Assembly (NCBI GenBank): GCA_963753975.1
Contig: CAVWEH010000005.1
Span: 160,001 to 224,000, forward strand
Reading direction: 5' to 3'
DNA length: 64,000 bases
Source of the DNA: an uncultured delta proteobacterium
GTDB lineage: Bacteria; Desulfobacterota; Syntrophia; Syntrophales; Smithellaceae
The notes below the pieces were generated by a model. It saw only the letters and a list, made by a program, of their open reading frames with translations. It had not been told where the DNA came from and made no database searches. Shown piece after piece: positions 62,327 through 64,000 of the stretch. A program made the translations under genes and the position numbers. Every line of letters begins with the position of its first letter. Position 1 is the stretch's first letter.

Positions 62327-62593
62327 ATGAAGATAGGCAGGTATCTAGTTGTCTTTTTGCTGCTGATGGCTCTTTTGATTACTTTCGGCAATAGAGGGCT
62401 TGTTGATAATTACTTAGTGAGCAAGCGGTTAGCTGAGTTAAAGTTGCAAAGCAATGAAATAACTACCGAAAACAATGACTTAAAAAGGAAAATACTTTTA
62501 TTGCGCGACGATTTAACCTATATTGAAGCATTGGCTCGCAGCGAACTGGGTATGGTTAAAGAGGGAGACATTGTTTATCGGTTGGTAAAATAA
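62327..62593 (+). CDS. Septum formation initiator (FtsB/DivIC family)
   Basis: TM plus coiled coil, YIEALARSELGMVKEGD. Confidence 0.88.
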   Translation: MKIGRYLVVFLLLMALLITFGNRGLVDNYLVSKRLAELKLQSNEITTENNDLKRKILLLRDDLTYIEALARSELGMVKEGDIVYRLVK

Positions 62594-62623
62594 TTTAGTT
62601 AAAAACAATGCGGTGGCTTTTCA

Positions 62624-63703
62624 ATGTCAGAACAAAAAGGAATTTTTTCGAGATCTAAGAAACTGGTCGGCCTAGACATCGGTTCCAGTTCTCTAAAATT
62701 GGCCGAAGTCCTCAGCACGTCTAATGGTTATGTACTAAATCGCTTCTTAGAGCTTCCGTTGCCTAAAGGGATAATTATTGAAGGTGTTTTAAGCGATCCG
62801 AGAGCACTGTCCTTGAAGATCAAGGAACTCTTTTGGAATTCAGGCTGCAGAGGGAAAGGAATAGTTACTTCTCTTTCCGGGAATTCCGTAATTGTAAAGA
62901 AGGTAACATTTGCCCAAATGGATGAAGCAGAATTGCGTGATTTAATCCGTGATGAAGCAGGCAAATACCTGCCCTTCGATAATATGGACGATGTTAATTA
63001 CGATTTCCAAATTTTGGGTGATAACGAATATAATCCCAATCAAATGGATGTTATTATCGTGGCCGCTAAAAAAGATATGGTTAACAATTATCTGGATGCA
63101 GTTACGGCCGCCGGTCTCAACGTTGCAATTATGGATGTAGATTCTTTTGCTCTGGAAACTATGTACGAGGCCAATTATGAATTCGAAGATAATGAAATTG
63201 TTGTTATTGTTCGTATCGGCGCAAGTCTCACCAATATTAATGTTATCAAAGGCGGCATGTCGATATTCACAAGAGATTTCACTCTGGGCGGTAACTCCAT
63301 CACCGAAGGCTTACAGGAAAAATACGGTGTAACTTTTGAGGAAGCGGAAAAAATAAAAGTCGAAGGACTTCCCGGCAATGAACAGGAGGTTTTGGATTTA
63401 AGAAACAGTATCCTAGATTTTGCCGAGCCCATTTGTTCCGAAATTGAAAGATCTATTGATTACTTTCGTTCGACTTTTGGCGGCGAATACATTAAACGTG
63501 TTTTTCTTTCCGGCGGATCGGCCAGAATTCTCGGATTGGCGGCACATTTATCGCAAAAGTTGAATGTCGACACGGACTTGATCAATCCGTTTTTAAAAAT
63601 TGGCTATAACAAAAGAAATATTGATTCCAAAACACTGGAAAACATCAAACCAATCGCGGCAGTTGCAATAGGATTGGGCCTGAGGACAATAGGCGACAAA
63701 TGA
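62624..63703 (+). CDS. pilM: Type IV pilus assembly protein PilM
   Basis: VGLDIGSSSLK, LSGGSA, AVAIGLGLR. Confidence 0.94.
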   Translation: MSEQKGIFSRSKKLVGLDIGSSSLKLAEVLSTSNGYVLNRFLELPLPKGIIIEGVLSDPRALSLKIKELFWNSGCRGKGIVTSLSGNSVIVKKVTFAQMDEAELRDLIRDEAGKYLPFDNMDDVNYDFQILGDNEYNPNQMDVIIVAAKKDMVNNYLDAVTAAGLNVAIMDVDSFALETMYEANYEFEDNEIVVIVRIGASLTNINVIKGGMSIFTRDFTLGGNSITEGLQEKYGVTFEEAEKIKVEGLPGNEQEVLDLRNSILDFAEPICSEIERSIDYFRSTFGGEYIKRVFLSGGSARILGLAAHLSQKLNVDTDLINPFLKIGYNKRNIDSKTLENIKPIAAVAIGLGLRTIGDK

Positions 63704-64000
63704 TTAAAATCAATCTGTTACCCTATCACGAAAAGGAAAAGAAGGAAAATCTTGTTCGGCAAGTGTTCATTATTATAGGCTCGTTTGTTTTATTTATTCT
63801 TTGTCTGGCTTGGCTGCAACTTTGGCTGAACTCTTTAGTTAATGACTTGCAGGCCCAGGAAAAAGACTCGAAAGGCACTCTTGTCGATTTAAATAAAAAA
63901 ATAGGCGACTTGGAAAAATTCAAAAACGATAAAAGTGATTTGGAACAGAAACTAAATGTAATTAAAACATTAGAGGAAAATCGTTTAGCTCCCATAAAGA
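63700..64000 (+). CDS. pilN: Type IV pilus assembly protein PilN (partial)
   Basis: MIKINLLPYH N-terminal motif, TM, coiled coil; overlaps the pilM stop. Confidence 0.9.
   Translation, partial: MIKINLLPYHEKEKKENLVRQVFIIIGSFVLFILCLAWLQLWLNSLVNDLQAQEKDSKGTLVDLNKKIGDLEKFKNDKSDLEQKLNVIKTLEENRLAPIK

Overview
64 kb of bacterial chromosome. Gene content and order (large PPDK-like protein, hgcAB, DUF39 homocysteine enzyme, pilMN, rimP-nusA-infB...pnp-dut) suggest an anaerobic deltaproteobacterium, probably Syntrophales/Smithella-like (inference). The left ~21 kb is a mosaic accessory region. It holds a MarR-hgcA-hgcB-MddA/ICMT-like methyltransferase operon (mercury methylation; hgcB has a 1-nt frameshift; a perfect palindrome overlaps the promoter), a duplicated VOC+GDSL segment, gene remnants and a large PAS/GAF kinase. 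Next is a complete shikimate/Phe/Tyr operon preceded by an unannotated 31-codon leader peptide (YGYWFYTYF) with antiterminator/terminator hairpins, then a sirtuin-NRDE-NUDIX-HDAC cluster. Core genes follow (rpmH-rnpA-yidD-yidC-jag-mnmE, rho-rpmE-prfA-prmC-murA-hisD, tRNA-Gly, rimP...pnp-dut, pilMN). About 15 copies of a 54-nt intergenic hairpin element, whose sequence varies while base pairing and geometry are conserved, occur in six clusters. No transposase, integrase or CRISPR array was recognised. All calls are by eye, without database searches.
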